From a virus (lineage: Duplodnaviria > Caudoviricetes): DNA of 25,990 bases. The number at the start of each line of letters is the position of its first letter. The first letter of the stretch is position 1. The stretch spans positions 1 through 25,990 of the IMG/VR virus record IMGVR_UViG_3300032328_001501; one strand, given 5' to 3'. A program made the position numbers and the translations under genes. The notes under the pieces were generated by a model. The model made no database searches, was not told the DNA's origin, and saw only the letters and a program-made list of their open reading frames with translations. This document shows positions 15,111 through 24,800 of this stretch, piece by piece.

Positions 15111-15326
15111 TTATAGCTGATTAAAAAGGATTGCAAGATTGTCTTGGCTCATTCCGCTGTCCCAATTACTTGTTGCGGCTTTCAACATCGCAACGCGTTC
15201 GGCTTTCGGCATGGCTTTGAATTGTGCCTTAGCCTGGCTGATTTGGCCGTTTGTAAAACTCTCGGCAACCATTTCAAAATACTGCAGGTCCGATTGCAGG
15301 CTGTAGATCTTTAGTAACTTTTTCAT
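15111..15326 (-). CDS. Hypothetical early protein, first gene of the leftward operon
   Basis: 71 aa ORF with GGAGG upstream. Confidence 0.75.
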   Translation of the reverse strand: MKKLLKIYSLQSDLQYFEMVAESFTNGQISQAKAQFKAMPKAERVAMLKAATSNWDSGMSQDNLAILFNQL

Positions 15327-15351
15327 AAATGTTCCTCCGTTTTTGTTGATA

Positions 15352-15382
15352 CAAAGCTACAGCTCCAGACCATGTAAACAAA
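15352..15382 (-). promoter_or_regulatory. Bacteroidota sigma70-type promoter
   Basis: TTTG (15382-15379), N19, TAGCTTTG (15359-15352), matching the -33/-7 consensus. Confidence 0.75.
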
Positions 15383-15495
15383 CATTTACATAAGATTTCG
15401 TAAACATTCAATGAAATGGCAAAAAGGTTAGATGGTATCTAACAAATAACTGGTTTTGTTAGATGAAACCATTGTGTTACAAAGTGTACATAGTT

Positions 15496-15797
15496 GTTAC
15501 ATGGTTGTTACATACTTTTTTTGGCTGTAACCCTTGCAAATGCTCAATTGTTACAACTGTTACAGACTTTTAGCCCCTATAATCACATAGAGGATAAAAA
15601 TTATATATTTTCATTTTCAAAAATTATTGAGGTATAATACCTTGCATTACATAGTACTATAAGTCGTTTTCTTTTCAAAATGAAAACATATTATATTTTC
15701 CATACAAGCTTTAAAAGGGGAAAAAAGTCTGTAACATTGTAACAATTGAGCATTTGCAAGGGTTACAGCGTTTTGAAGTCTGTAACAACCATGTAAC
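15496..15797. repeat. Long inverted repeat with TGTAAC iterons around an AT-rich core; candidate replication origin
   Basis: Arms 15496-15571 and 15723-15797; perfect 33-bp core 15524-15556 / 15737-15769; inner IR 15608-15622 / 15672-15686. Confidence 0.8.
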
Positions 15798-15920
15798 GTT
15801 AGGAAAAAGTATGTAACATGCCTATTGCATCTAAAAAAACCACTGTTTCTTTGAATAATATCTAATCAATAATGCGCCTGGCTGAATAATCTCTAAATCG
15901 GACCGCTCAAACCCTTATAA

Positions 15921-16463
15921 ATGCTACATTCATACATGACAATGGCCGCAGCAGCTAAACGGTTCGGGCTGGATATCAAACAATACCAACTACTGGATGC
16001 CCTGCGCAACAGCTTCAACACCATCCGCCTGATCTCAAGCCTTTATGACCTGCTCGGCCTGCATCCAATGAACCTCAGCCGGCTTAAAACAATGCTCGCT
16101 GCCGCGAAACAAAAAAACCTGATCACAGCCTCAGCAGTGCCGCGTAAGGCGTGGAATGGTAGCCAACCAATCATTTACTCACTTACGCCCATGGGGCATG
16201 CCATGGCTGCCGCCATTGATGCGTATGGTGAGACGCTGCGGAGCCAGCAGCCGGACGTCCTAGAGACGGGCCCGTCCTATCAAAAACATTTGGATGTTAC
16301 ATCCCGCAATCGGTTGAAGGTGAATGCCGCAGGAGGTGGCCGCAAACTGTCCAAACGCGACCGTGAGCTGCTCGCCCAGCTGGCTGCCGAAGGAGCCAAG
16401 CCGGTTCCCAAAAAGCGGACCGCAAAGCCATCGCAGCCCATTGCATGGCAACCTGGTGTTTAG
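15921..16463 (+). CDS. Winged-HTH (MarR-like) protein with a basic disordered tail
   Basis: GLDIKQYQLLDAL...KNLI...YSLTPMG pattern. Confidence 0.65.
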   Translation: MLHSYMTMAAAAKRFGLDIKQYQLLDALRNSFNTIRLISSLYDLLGLHPMNLSRLKTMLAAAKQKNLITASAVPRKAWNGSQPIIYSLTPMGHAMAAAIDAYGETLRSQQPDVLETGPSYQKHLDVTSRNRLKVNAAGGGRKLSKRDRELLAQLAAEGAKPVPKKRTAKPSQPIAWQPGV

Positions 16464-16490
16464 TCCTAAAATGTGCGGTTTTCGGTTCCT

Positions 16491-16518
16491 ACTTAACATA
16501 ATAGAAGTTATGGGAGAA
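16491..16518 (-). other. dif-like XerC/XerD recombination site
   Basis: TTCTCCCATAA-CTTCTA-TTATGTTAAGT in 11-6-11 layout; the XerD arm matches E. coli TTATGTTAAAT at 10 of 11 positions. Confidence 0.78.
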
Positions 16519-16815
16519 AACTTTTTTTTGTAACTGGCTGTAATTCAGCGAATTACACATGGCAATTTTGCGCAGATATACAGTTTCTAATGCCAGAACG
16601 GTTTTGTTAGATTTCATCTAATCGGAAGCGCAGTTTTTGAAACCGTTTCGCTGCGCATTTTGTTTTGGTTTTGCCCAATTTGCCTTTTGCTTTGGAGCGC
16701 AAACGAGAGTGTATGTGGTCGCAGTAGGTATGCAGAAACGGATGCCACCCATGTACCGGTTTGCGTTCCCCAACGGCCGATGCCACCCCCCGAAAAAGGT
16801 AATAACCCCCAAAGT

Positions 16816-17166
16816 TTAACGAATTGTCCCTGTAGTGATGGCGTGTATCAGTGCTTTAAACTGTTCAATCGATCTGACGGTGTAAGTGGTTACGCCTTGG
16901 TTTTTGAATGCCTGGTGCACTCTGACTTGTTCTGGATCGAGAGTACCGGTTAAGGTTTTAAATTCCATAGGGTATGGTCTGTTGTCGAAAAGCAGTATCA
17001 TATCTGGTATGCCGGGTACGAGTCCTGATGCTTGTAGTTGTTTTGCCTCTATTTTGGAGCGTTTGCCACCATTAGGAACGTGGAAGAAGCAACGGCGAAG
17101 GGTTGGGTAGTTATCCCAAAGCCACTGAAAGCATTCGGCTTGAATTTTTATTTCGGCTGCGTTCAT
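16816..17166 (-). CDS. VRR-NUC domain nuclease
   Basis: E..IQ, FHVPNGG.R, G.PD, EFK, Q motifs. Confidence 0.92.
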   Translation of the reverse strand: MNAAEIKIQAECFQWLWDNYPTLRRCFFHVPNGGKRSKIEAKQLQASGLVPGIPDMILLFDNRPYPMEFKTLTGTLDPEQVRVHQAFKNQGVTTYTVRSIEQFKALIHAITTGTIR

Positions 17167-17180
17167 GAAATAAAACTATC

Positions 17181-17195
17181 GTCAAACAGCTTGAC
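17181..17195. promoter_or_regulatory. Palindrome copy 4 (variant) in the divergent promoter region
   Basis: GTCAAACAGCTTGAC followed by a -7-like TATATTCG. Confidence 0.55.
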
Positions 17196-17226
17196 TATTT
17201 ATATTCGCAGTACAAACGCATAACAA

Positions 17227-17472
17227 ATGGAAAGTAGAAGGCTACAATCGAGCATGCCAATGGCGCATTTGGATATCTGCGACCGGTTTAGGGAGGTGCG
17301 TTTGATGCGGATGGAGACGCAGTTGGAGTTTGCGAAAGTGGTGGGGTTGACGTTGAGTTACGTTAAGATGGTAGAGGGCAGGCGGTTTACGCCGAACATT
17401 TACGCGATAAAGCAGGTGCATGTTGTTTGTGGGGTAAGTTATGACTGGTTGCTGGATGGGGTAGGGCCATAA
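17227..17472 (+). CDS. XRE/Cro-C1 HTH regulator
   Basis: RFREVR...TQLEFAKVVGLTLSYVKMVEGRR.P...GVSYDWLLDG. Confidence 0.88.
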   Translation: MESRRLQSSMPMAHLDICDRFREVRLMRMETQLEFAKVVGLTLSYVKMVEGRRFTPNIYAIKQVHVVCGVSYDWLLDGVGP

Positions 17473-17489
17473 TTTTTTTTGTTTGTGTG

Positions 17490-17513
17490 GTCAAACGGTT
17501 TGACTTAAATTTG
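17490..17513 (+). promoter_or_regulatory. Palindrome copy 5 abutting a -7 promoter element upstream of the virion operon
   Basis: GTCAAACGGTTTGAC (17490-17504) then TAAATTTG (17506-17513), with TTTG upstream. Confidence 0.65.
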
Positions 17514-17518
17514 TGGCT

Positions 17519-18097
17519 ATGTTGGTACGCATAGAATCGAAGTTTCAGGACAAGATTGTGTTTAAGAGCGGCGTGGAGCTGTACCAAGACACGTGGATGG
17601 AGCACAGGGAGAAGGTGACGCTGAGTGGTGAGGTAGTGCATTTGGCACCGAGTGATGGAAGGGTGGTGAAGAAGGGCGACAAGGTTTACTTCCGGTATGA
17701 TGTGGTGGGTGACAGTTCGATAATTGAGGGCCATATCCGGTACCACAACTTGATACCGTTTGATGGCGAAGATTTATGGCATGTTAGTCTGGCGCAGCTG
17801 TTTGCCAAGGAAGTGGATGGTGAGATTGAGAGTATTGGTGATGTGGTGATTGGCGTGCAAGACATCAAGCAGGACACCTGGGAGAGTAGCATTTTGGTAA
17901 AGACGCAGCTGGATGATAAAATTGACCGTAACCGAATGACGGTGAAGTACAATGGCGGCGGATTTAAGAAGGGCGACAGGTTGTATGTGAATGGCCCCAC
18001 GGTGGGGAAATACAATTTCAGTGGAATTTTTGGTGATGATTTGGCAGTGGTATCAAAACACAACATCATAGGCTATGACGATACAAAAATCGCATGA
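17519..18097 (+). CDS. GroES-like protein with two GroES-like halves
   Basis: KSGVEL...SGEVVH...VKKGDKVYF and a second FKKGDRLYV; ATG 17519 preferred. Confidence 0.65.
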   Translation: MLVRIESKFQDKIVFKSGVELYQDTWMEHREKVTLSGEVVHLAPSDGRVVKKGDKVYFRYDVVGDSSIIEGHIRYHNLIPFDGEDLWHVSLAQLFAKEVDGEIESIGDVVIGVQDIKQDTWESSILVKTQLDDKIDRNRMTVKYNGGGFKKGDRLYVNGPTVGKYNFSGIFGDDLAVVSKHNIIGYDDTKIA

Positions 18098-18737
18098 GTG
18101 GCTGGACATAATGCTTGATAAGGCGCAGAGTGGCTTTATTGCTCCCGAGGAAAAGGACGATGCGCTACATCGGGCCAGTTTGTCGGTGTTTGCCAGTTAC
18201 TTGACGCAGTATGTTGAGACAGGCCGGGTGCATGTAGCGTTAAACCCGTTTCGTGAGATTTACGAATTTACGGCGGCGAACATGGCTGGCGGTGGGTATT
18301 TGGCATTGCCGTCGGATTTTGAGCACCCAACGGGTTTGATGTTGGGAAGTGGGCAGGGCGTTCGTATCATTAGACCTGACGAGCTGCCTTTTTCGTTGAA
18401 GAGCGTGGTTAGGCCAGTGACGTCGACAACGCCGGTGGCGGTGTTTACATCTAAAGATGTGGCAACGATTACATCTAAAAGCAAGTTGCGGTTTTACCCC
18501 AAGGTGAATACCTATGTTGGGGAGTTGTATTATTTGAAGACGCCACCAACGCCAGTGCACAATTACACCATGAATGGCAGGCGGGTAGTTTACAATCCAT
18601 CTGGCAGTGTTGATTTGCCATGGAGCGATACCACGGTAAATGCTGTTTTGATGAAGTCGCTTGAATTTTTGGGTATAAGTCTTAATGACCAACAGCTGGC
18701 GCAGTACGCTGGCCAAAAAACCATTGGCACCGCATGA
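18075..18737 (+). CDS. Tail tubular/ring (head-tail adaptor) protein
   Basis: 220 aa; LDK.QSG...PEEKD N-terminus and YLK.P..P motif recall crAss-like ring proteins; gene context supports this. Confidence 0.6.
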   Translation: MTIQKSHEWLDIMLDKAQSGFIAPEEKDDALHRASLSVFASYLTQYVETGRVHVALNPFREIYEFTAANMAGGGYLALPSDFEHPTGLMLGSGQGVRIIRPDELPFSLKSVVRPVTSTTPVAVFTSKDVATITSKSKLRFYPKVNTYVGELYYLKTPPTPVHNYTMNGRRVVYNPSGSVDLPWSDTTVNAVLMKSLEFLGISLNDQQLAQYAGQKTIGTA

Positions 18738-19813
18738 GTAAGCTTCCCAAAATAGCGCAAGAAGTAAAAGATGCCGCTGAAAGGGGTGTGCCTATTGAAA
18801 AAATTTCGAAAGCGTTTGGCTATAAGCCAGAAGTGATAGAAGCGATTTTATCGTTTGGGGAAGAAGTGGATGGCGGTAAAGCGGTGGATGATGTTTTGAA
18901 AAGCCGGAACGACAAAGTTTTGGATAAGCTTTTCGGCAGCGGCAAGGCGGCGCCGGCTCCAGTGGTAAATGATGCCGCTGCAATTGGGCAGATTATTGCT
19001 GAGTACAACGAAACCGACCCCACTCGAAAGTTTGGTGAGCGTGTAGAAGCCGTGACCAGGGAAATGGCTGCCAAGGGCGAGAAATACGCCATGAGTGCAA
19101 ATGTGCCAGAGAACATGAAAAACCTAACCTGCATTGGTGGGGTATGCTTAGCGCACCAGCGGGCCGGCAACAAGTTTGCAGGCATGAAAGGCGTGACGGT
19201 GAAAAATAAAAACTATGAAAAAGAAGGGCTTCCCGAAACGATAGAGTATAATCCATCGTTTTGGGACAATGCCGACAAGCTTGGTTACAATGTGTTCGAG
19301 TTGGACGATTTGAGCAAGGTGCAAAAAGGCGATATCATCGGTAAATACGGCAAAGCCTACGATGGATCTGAGCGGATGATGCACAGCAACATTGTTTTAG
19401 AAGATGGCGGCGGCAAAGGGCCGACCGATATAAACCAGGGCCGCGATATGATGGCCTACGACAGCTACCAAGCCACCAACAACGATTTGCCGATTGGAAA
19501 ATACGCTTATCGCGGTGGCGAAAAAAATGGAAAGCCGGTGACGTTTAAGGTGGCAAGGATAAAAGCTGAGCGGGCGGCTGAGATTGAAGGCGAAGACGCG
19601 GCTAAAAACTGGAAACGCACCAAAGATTGGTATATGCAACTGGCGGCGCCGATTTTGAAGCAGGCCCCTGATTTGTACGAACCGTTGATGAAGTATGGTG
19701 CAGCGGTAAAAGCCGGCAATGGCCAGGAAGCAGCAGCGTTTAAGCAGAAAATAGCGGTAAGGCTACGCGATAACCCACAACTTTTAATCCAATTATTCCC
19801 CAATGGCAACTAA
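18734..19813 (+). CDS. Hypothetical protein with a possible NlpC/P60- or CHAP-like hydrolase domain
   Basis: Ordered motifs TCIGGV ... QKGDII ... MHSNIV. Confidence 0.5.
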   Translation: MSKLPKIAQEVKDAAERGVPIEKISKAFGYKPEVIEAILSFGEEVDGGKAVDDVLKSRNDKVLDKLFGSGKAAPAPVVNDAAAIGQIIAEYNETDPTRKFGERVEAVTREMAAKGEKYAMSANVPENMKNLTCIGGVCLAHQRAGNKFAGMKGVTVKNKNYEKEGLPETIEYNPSFWDNADKLGYNVFELDDLSKVQKGDIIGKYGKAYDGSERMMHSNIVLEDGGGKGPTDINQGRDMMAYDSYQATNNDLPIGKYAYRGGEKNGKPVTFKVARIKAERAAEIEGEDAAKNWKRTKDWYMQLAAPILKQAPDLYEPLMKYGAAVKAGNGQEAAAFKQKIAVRLRDNPQLLIQLFPNGN

Positions 19814-20432
19814 AAATAGCTTAGCTGAACAAGTGTTGTTGATGCTGACCGATGGCAGGCCTGACCAGGTGACTGGGTACGACATCAGGGACATCATGCT
19901 TGCCGTGGTGCAAGCAATAAGCGAGATAACAAAAGCTCAGTATTACTCCGGCACGTTACCCAGTGGCGAAACCATACCGAATGGCACGATGATGGCTACT
20001 TATGAAGCGGTGGCCACCGAGACGTGGAAAGGCAGGAGCCGGGCGACGCTTCCGGCGCTGCCCATAAACCTACCAAGAGGCATGGGTGTTTTTGAGATTG
20101 CCAACAACACCGATCCCTTCATTGTTTACATACCGGCCATGCCTGGGCAGATGGCAATGCTGGCTGGCAGCAACATGGTGGGGGCGTTATCGAACCTGGT
20201 GGTGTATGAACAACGCGGCATGTACATTGAATTTAACGGCACGGTAGCTACCGGCAGCATATTGATGCGGCTACTGGTAACCGATGTCAATACTTTGTCT
20301 GACAATGCGCCACTGCCGATACCGACGGACTATGAAAGTCTGGTGGTGGATATGGTTTACAAAAGGATGGGTGGCCGCTTGCCCACAAATAAAGACTCCG
20401 ATTTGGTCACCAATAACATAGCGCAAAAATGA
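19803..20432 (+). CDS. Tail ring protein (second paralogue)
   Basis: 209 aa; helical N-terminus, beta-rich middle, PIP..Y...VV C-terminal helix; gene context. Confidence 0.5.
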   Translation: MATKNSLAEQVLLMLTDGRPDQVTGYDIRDIMLAVVQAISEITKAQYYSGTLPSGETIPNGTMMATYEAVATETWKGRSRATLPALPINLPRGMGVFEIANNTDPFIVYIPAMPGQMAMLAGSNMVGALSNLVVYEQRGMYIEFNGTVATGSILMRLLVTDVNTLSDNAPLPIPTDYESLVVDMVYKRMGGRLPTNKDSDLVTNNIAQK

Positions 20433-21856
20433 TTTACGTCCCACTAGACACGATTGTAAAAAGCGTATTGCTGCGGCGTGGTTACCCCATGCATTGGTAT
20501 CTCCAGTTTTTGAAGTATGCCTGCGATATCGTAAGAGAATTGAGCATCCGGACCATCAAGAAAATTGACTCCGACGTTTTTACCGTGGGTGCTGATGCCA
20601 CCATAACGGTACCTGCCAATTACGTGGCGTTGGTGCGCATAGGCGAACAGCGTGGCCAGTACATCAAACCGCTGGTGCTGGGGAAAGGAACGTTTATGCG
20701 GCCTGCATCGTCGTACAATACGCCCGAGACAAAAGCTTTGGCGTTATTGGAAGTGGTAAGCAACGCCGGGTACATTGCGACGATCAATGTAGCCGACCCT
20801 GTTTTGGGTACCACCATTAGCCTGGGCACATTGACTGCATCAGGCAATAACACCAACGCGACCACGATTTGCGACGCTTTGTTTGCAGCGCTTACAGCCA
20901 ATACCTACGGTTACGTTATTGCTCGGGTAAACAACACCGTGCAGATACAGCCTCCGGTTGGGTATGGAGCGCAGATAAATGGCGGCGGCAGGCTTAGTAT
21001 CACCAATCAAACAATACCAGGTGTAGATGCTCGGGTGACGCTCAATATTTCGGGGATATCGTATGTGCTGGGCCGCGAGCTGTCTTTTTTTGCAGCGGCA
21101 GTTTCTACTACCATTGGCACGTACACTATGCAGAGCGGCGATAATGTGCCCAGTGTGCTGACGGGTAGAATAGTTGCGGCATTGGCAGCAAATGGCACTG
21201 GTTATGTGGTAACCCAAGAGCCTGGCGACACATCAAGCCTGCGGTGTGTGGCACCAGCAGGCACCGGTGCAAGGGATAACGGCTTTGGTTTTTTTGTAAC
21301 CTGGGCAGGCGGTTCGACATCCTCAAATTTTGCCAGTGGCGTAAATGGCATAGCCAGTCCGTTTGGAATCAACATCGCGCAGTTTGCCGGTGGCGTAACA
21401 GCCATCACAAAGATTAGTGACGATTTTTCCGACGAGGGAGACGGCTGGATCCCAATTTCCGGCTGGCTGACCAACGATTTTGGGGAGCTTACGGGCGGAC
21501 TGTTTGGTTTCGGTGCAGGGGTGGAAACAGACACTTTTGAAGAGTTTGCCGAACTGGGGAAAATACGGTTTCACAGCTCGATGATAGGCAGCAAAGTGGT
21601 AATGGACTATTTATCAGACCCGAACGGCGCCACCAACACGACGCGGGTAAGCCCGCTGGCTCAGGCCTGCGTGGAGCAATACGTGATTTGGCAGATGAAA
21701 GAGCACTCCAGGGTTTACCCGAAGGGCGAAGCCAAGGACGAAGAGCGCATGTACTGGAATGAGGAACGCCATTTGAGGGCACGGATGCAGCCATTGTCTG
21801 AAGACGATATTTTACGGATATCGAGAAGGAATTACAGAAGGTCAAATAAAAGCTAG
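20429..21856 (+). CDS. Tail ring protein with a large inserted beta-rich region
   Basis: YV.LD.IV N-terminus, P.NYV..VRIG and V..DYLSD...EQYV.W C-terminus flank a roughly 230 aa G/T/A-rich insert. Confidence 0.55.
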   Translation: MIYVPLDTIVKSVLLRRGYPMHWYLQFLKYACDIVRELSIRTIKKIDSDVFTVGADATITVPANYVALVRIGEQRGQYIKPLVLGKGTFMRPASSYNTPETKALALLEVVSNAGYIATINVADPVLGTTISLGTLTASGNNTNATTICDALFAALTANTYGYVIARVNNTVQIQPPVGYGAQINGGGRLSITNQTIPGVDARVTLNISGISYVLGRELSFFAAAVSTTIGTYTMQSGDNVPSVLTGRIVAALAANGTGYVVTQEPGDTSSLRCVAPAGTGARDNGFGFFVTWAGGSTSSNFASGVNGIASPFGINIAQFAGGVTAITKISDDFSDEGDGWIPISGWLTNDFGELTGGLFGFGAGVETDTFEEFAELGKIRFHSSMIGSKVVMDYLSDPNGATNTTRVSPLAQACVEQYVIWQMKEHSRVYPKGEAKDEERMYWNEERHLRARMQPLSEDDILRISRRNYRRSNKS

Positions 21857-21858
21857 AC

Positions 21859-24800
21859 ATGATACAACCGGTACAGCAAACATTTGAGGGATTGTTGAAC
21901 AGTGATGATTCGCCCGAGTACATTGCTGCGAACCAGTATGTGAATGCCTTAAACTTTCGGTTTGGCAAAAGCCGCGCCGGGAAGTTTAACCGGTTTGAGC
22001 TGATAGAAAGCAACAGGGAAGTGGTAAATGTCGATTTGTTTGCCGGCACAAACAAACTTGTGGGGAAGCTTGAAGACTCCGCGAAAGACAGGATTGTATA
22101 CCTGGTGTGGAATAGCGCGGGCCACTCTGGCATTTGGGTGGTTGATGCCAGCGAAACCATCTACTTGGCGATAGAAGACGCCGATACTGAAGTAGGGCTT
22201 GGGTTTACAAAGGACAATTACATACACAGCGTGGCCTTAGTAGGCGATTTGCTGTATTGGGTGAATGGTGGTGAGCCATCGCGGTTAAACCTTGAAGCAG
22301 CGCTGAAAGCCAGCAACGCGGGATATTCAACGACGGTTACTGCTTACACGTTCCCAATAAAGGAGACTACCTACAGGTTGATACGCAAACCGCCTATAAA
22401 CATTCCCATTGCGGTAAAAGTGATTGATGCCACGATAAACGTAAACCAAACTAAGGACACCGGGTTTAAGTTTTGCTGGCGGTACAACTACAGGGATGGA
22501 GAAACCAGTACGTTATCGGCGTTGAGCCGATACACGCCACCCAATACTCCGGCCGAAACCACGGCTGGCTACAATGCCATAGACGTAACGTTGCCAACCG
22601 CTGAGATCATAGAGCAAGACGTGATGATAGTTGAGCTGGTGGCGGTGTACCCCATAGATCAAACCTACTTTGTAATAAAGGCCTGGGACAGACAAAACAC
22701 AGCTGACGCCACAGCCATCACCAACCACAATGCCGGCACTGCGTTAACGTTCCGTTTCAGCAATAATACTGTTGGTTACGCACTAGACAACGCTACCAAG
22801 GTAAAGCCATTTGACAGCGTGCCACACGAAGCCTGGGCCATGACCATTGCCAAAAACAGGTTGATATTGGGTAGGACCAAGTTGGGGCGTAACACACCAA
22901 AAACAAGCTCACTGGCATTTACAGTGCAAAGTGCTTCGAGCCTAACCAACCCCATTGGCGAATGGGTGAAAATAGACTCTACTTATTACCAAACATTTCC
23001 AAGTTTAATTTCAGGCTTGTCGTCAAATTTCTATTGTTTTCATTTGCGGCAAACCTACGGCAGCTATGAAGAAGGGTATTACTACACGCCGGCCGAAACC
23101 AGTAATTCTACGGGCCCAGCATCCGTTGACCTTACGACTTGGGTGTTTATGACTGAAAAGCTGGCCACGTTTATAAACCCGATATGCGTGCCCCAGGTTA
23201 TTTGGGCTTATCGGGTGTTGGTTTTCCCCTACAATGCGGCGACATCATCGGTAACGTTGATAAACGCGAGTGTGCCTGCGACAAACATTACCATAACGGC
23301 CGGTGGATCTACGGCAAGCATATTGAAAAGCGATGCCGGTTATGTAGGTGGAGTGGTGTTTTACGACAAATGGATGCGGCAGTGTGAAGTGGTTGACGAT
23401 GGTGGCGCCAAGGCCACCACGCCGGCGCGGCTGTATGCCGACGCAGGCAGCTACAACTACGGGCTGGCATGGGCATTGAGCAATGCAGCCGCGACAACAG
23501 AAATACCCACATGGGCCAGCTATTACGCCATTGTGTGCAGCAAGTGCTTGCGCACAAACTTCTTTTTGCAATCGAGGGCCAGTCACATTATCTATGCCAC
23601 ACTAAACAGCGCAACGGATGAGTATGATGTAATTACAGCAGGAAACAACGTTTATGCCCGAACCAATGCAGGTATTGCGGTAAAAGCTGATTTGCTTATT
23701 GGTTACGGCCTTGGCTACAGTTTTAATGAAGGCGATATATTGACGATTTTTATTTCGACAAGCCGCTATCAGGTGCCTGTTAAAGCCGTTCAGGGTGATT
23801 GGGTAATTGGCGAACTGGTTGATGTAGGCAATACCACGAGCCTAGCCGCTCTCTTCGAAATTTTTAGCCCGGCAATAAATAGCAGTGATCGATTTTATTA
23901 CGAGGTTTCGGATTTGCTGCCTATACAACTGCCAGGCACAGCCAGCAGAACGTACTCCACCCTGAGCGGCACCATCCCCGGCGACGTGTTTTTGATAACC
24001 CGGAACGACGGTACCAATAATTACTTTGTGGAAGCCATGAGCCCCAACGACAAGGTGTGGAAGGTATGGACAACGAACCACGGCAGGCCCCAGGTGCGCG
24101 GCGGCATAGGCGAAGTTTACAGCCCAACAGGCATGAGTCACAGTAATGTGTACATACCCGGTACCAGAACCAATGGGTTATCGAGTTTTGATGCATTGGA
24201 CTTTACACTTTTGCCGCTGGAAATGACCAGTCTTCAGTATTTGCAATTGACGACCAAGGTGCAGCAGGAAGGCTCGGTGCTTTTGGCCATTGGGGAAGAC
24301 GATACCGCCAGTATTTATTTGGGTGAATCGCAGGTGTTTGATGCATCAGGGAACAGCTTTTTGGCCACCAGTGACCGTTTTATTGGCCAGATAAACCCGC
24401 TGAGGGGCGGCTACGGCACCCGGCACCCCGAGAGTGTAGCAATGCTTGACGGTGTTGTGTTGTGGTTGAACGTGGTGCAAGGCAAGGTGGTACAATACAG
24501 CAATGCGGGCCTGGAGCCGGTAAGTCGGTTTAAAATGGAGCAGTTTTGGGCGTTGTGGTGTACGGAATATTTGAGCAAACCCGCTGCCTGGTGGACCGAT
24601 ACCGACCAACGGAACCTAATCATTGGCGGCATCGATGTTTTCCACAGAGAATACCTGGTAGCGTTGCCTCAGATACTAGAAACCTTTAGGGATGAGAACA
24701 ACGGATGGGATATTTACAGCGGGCAAGCGGCTACAGCGGTGTACAAAGTGGGAGAAAATCGCTGGCAAGGCTTGTATGGGTATTTAGCCGAAGGCTTTTG

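Noticed and set aside
16618-16953. Short ORFs and a GATGCCACCC direct repeat as a gene or packaging site
   Set aside because: The ORFs are overlapping and low-complexity with no motifs. A 10-bp repeat alone cannot support a pac or terminus call without read data.
22801-22815. GTAAAGCCATTTGAC as a seventh palindrome copy
   Set aside because: Three mismatches, explained by coding for VKPFD.
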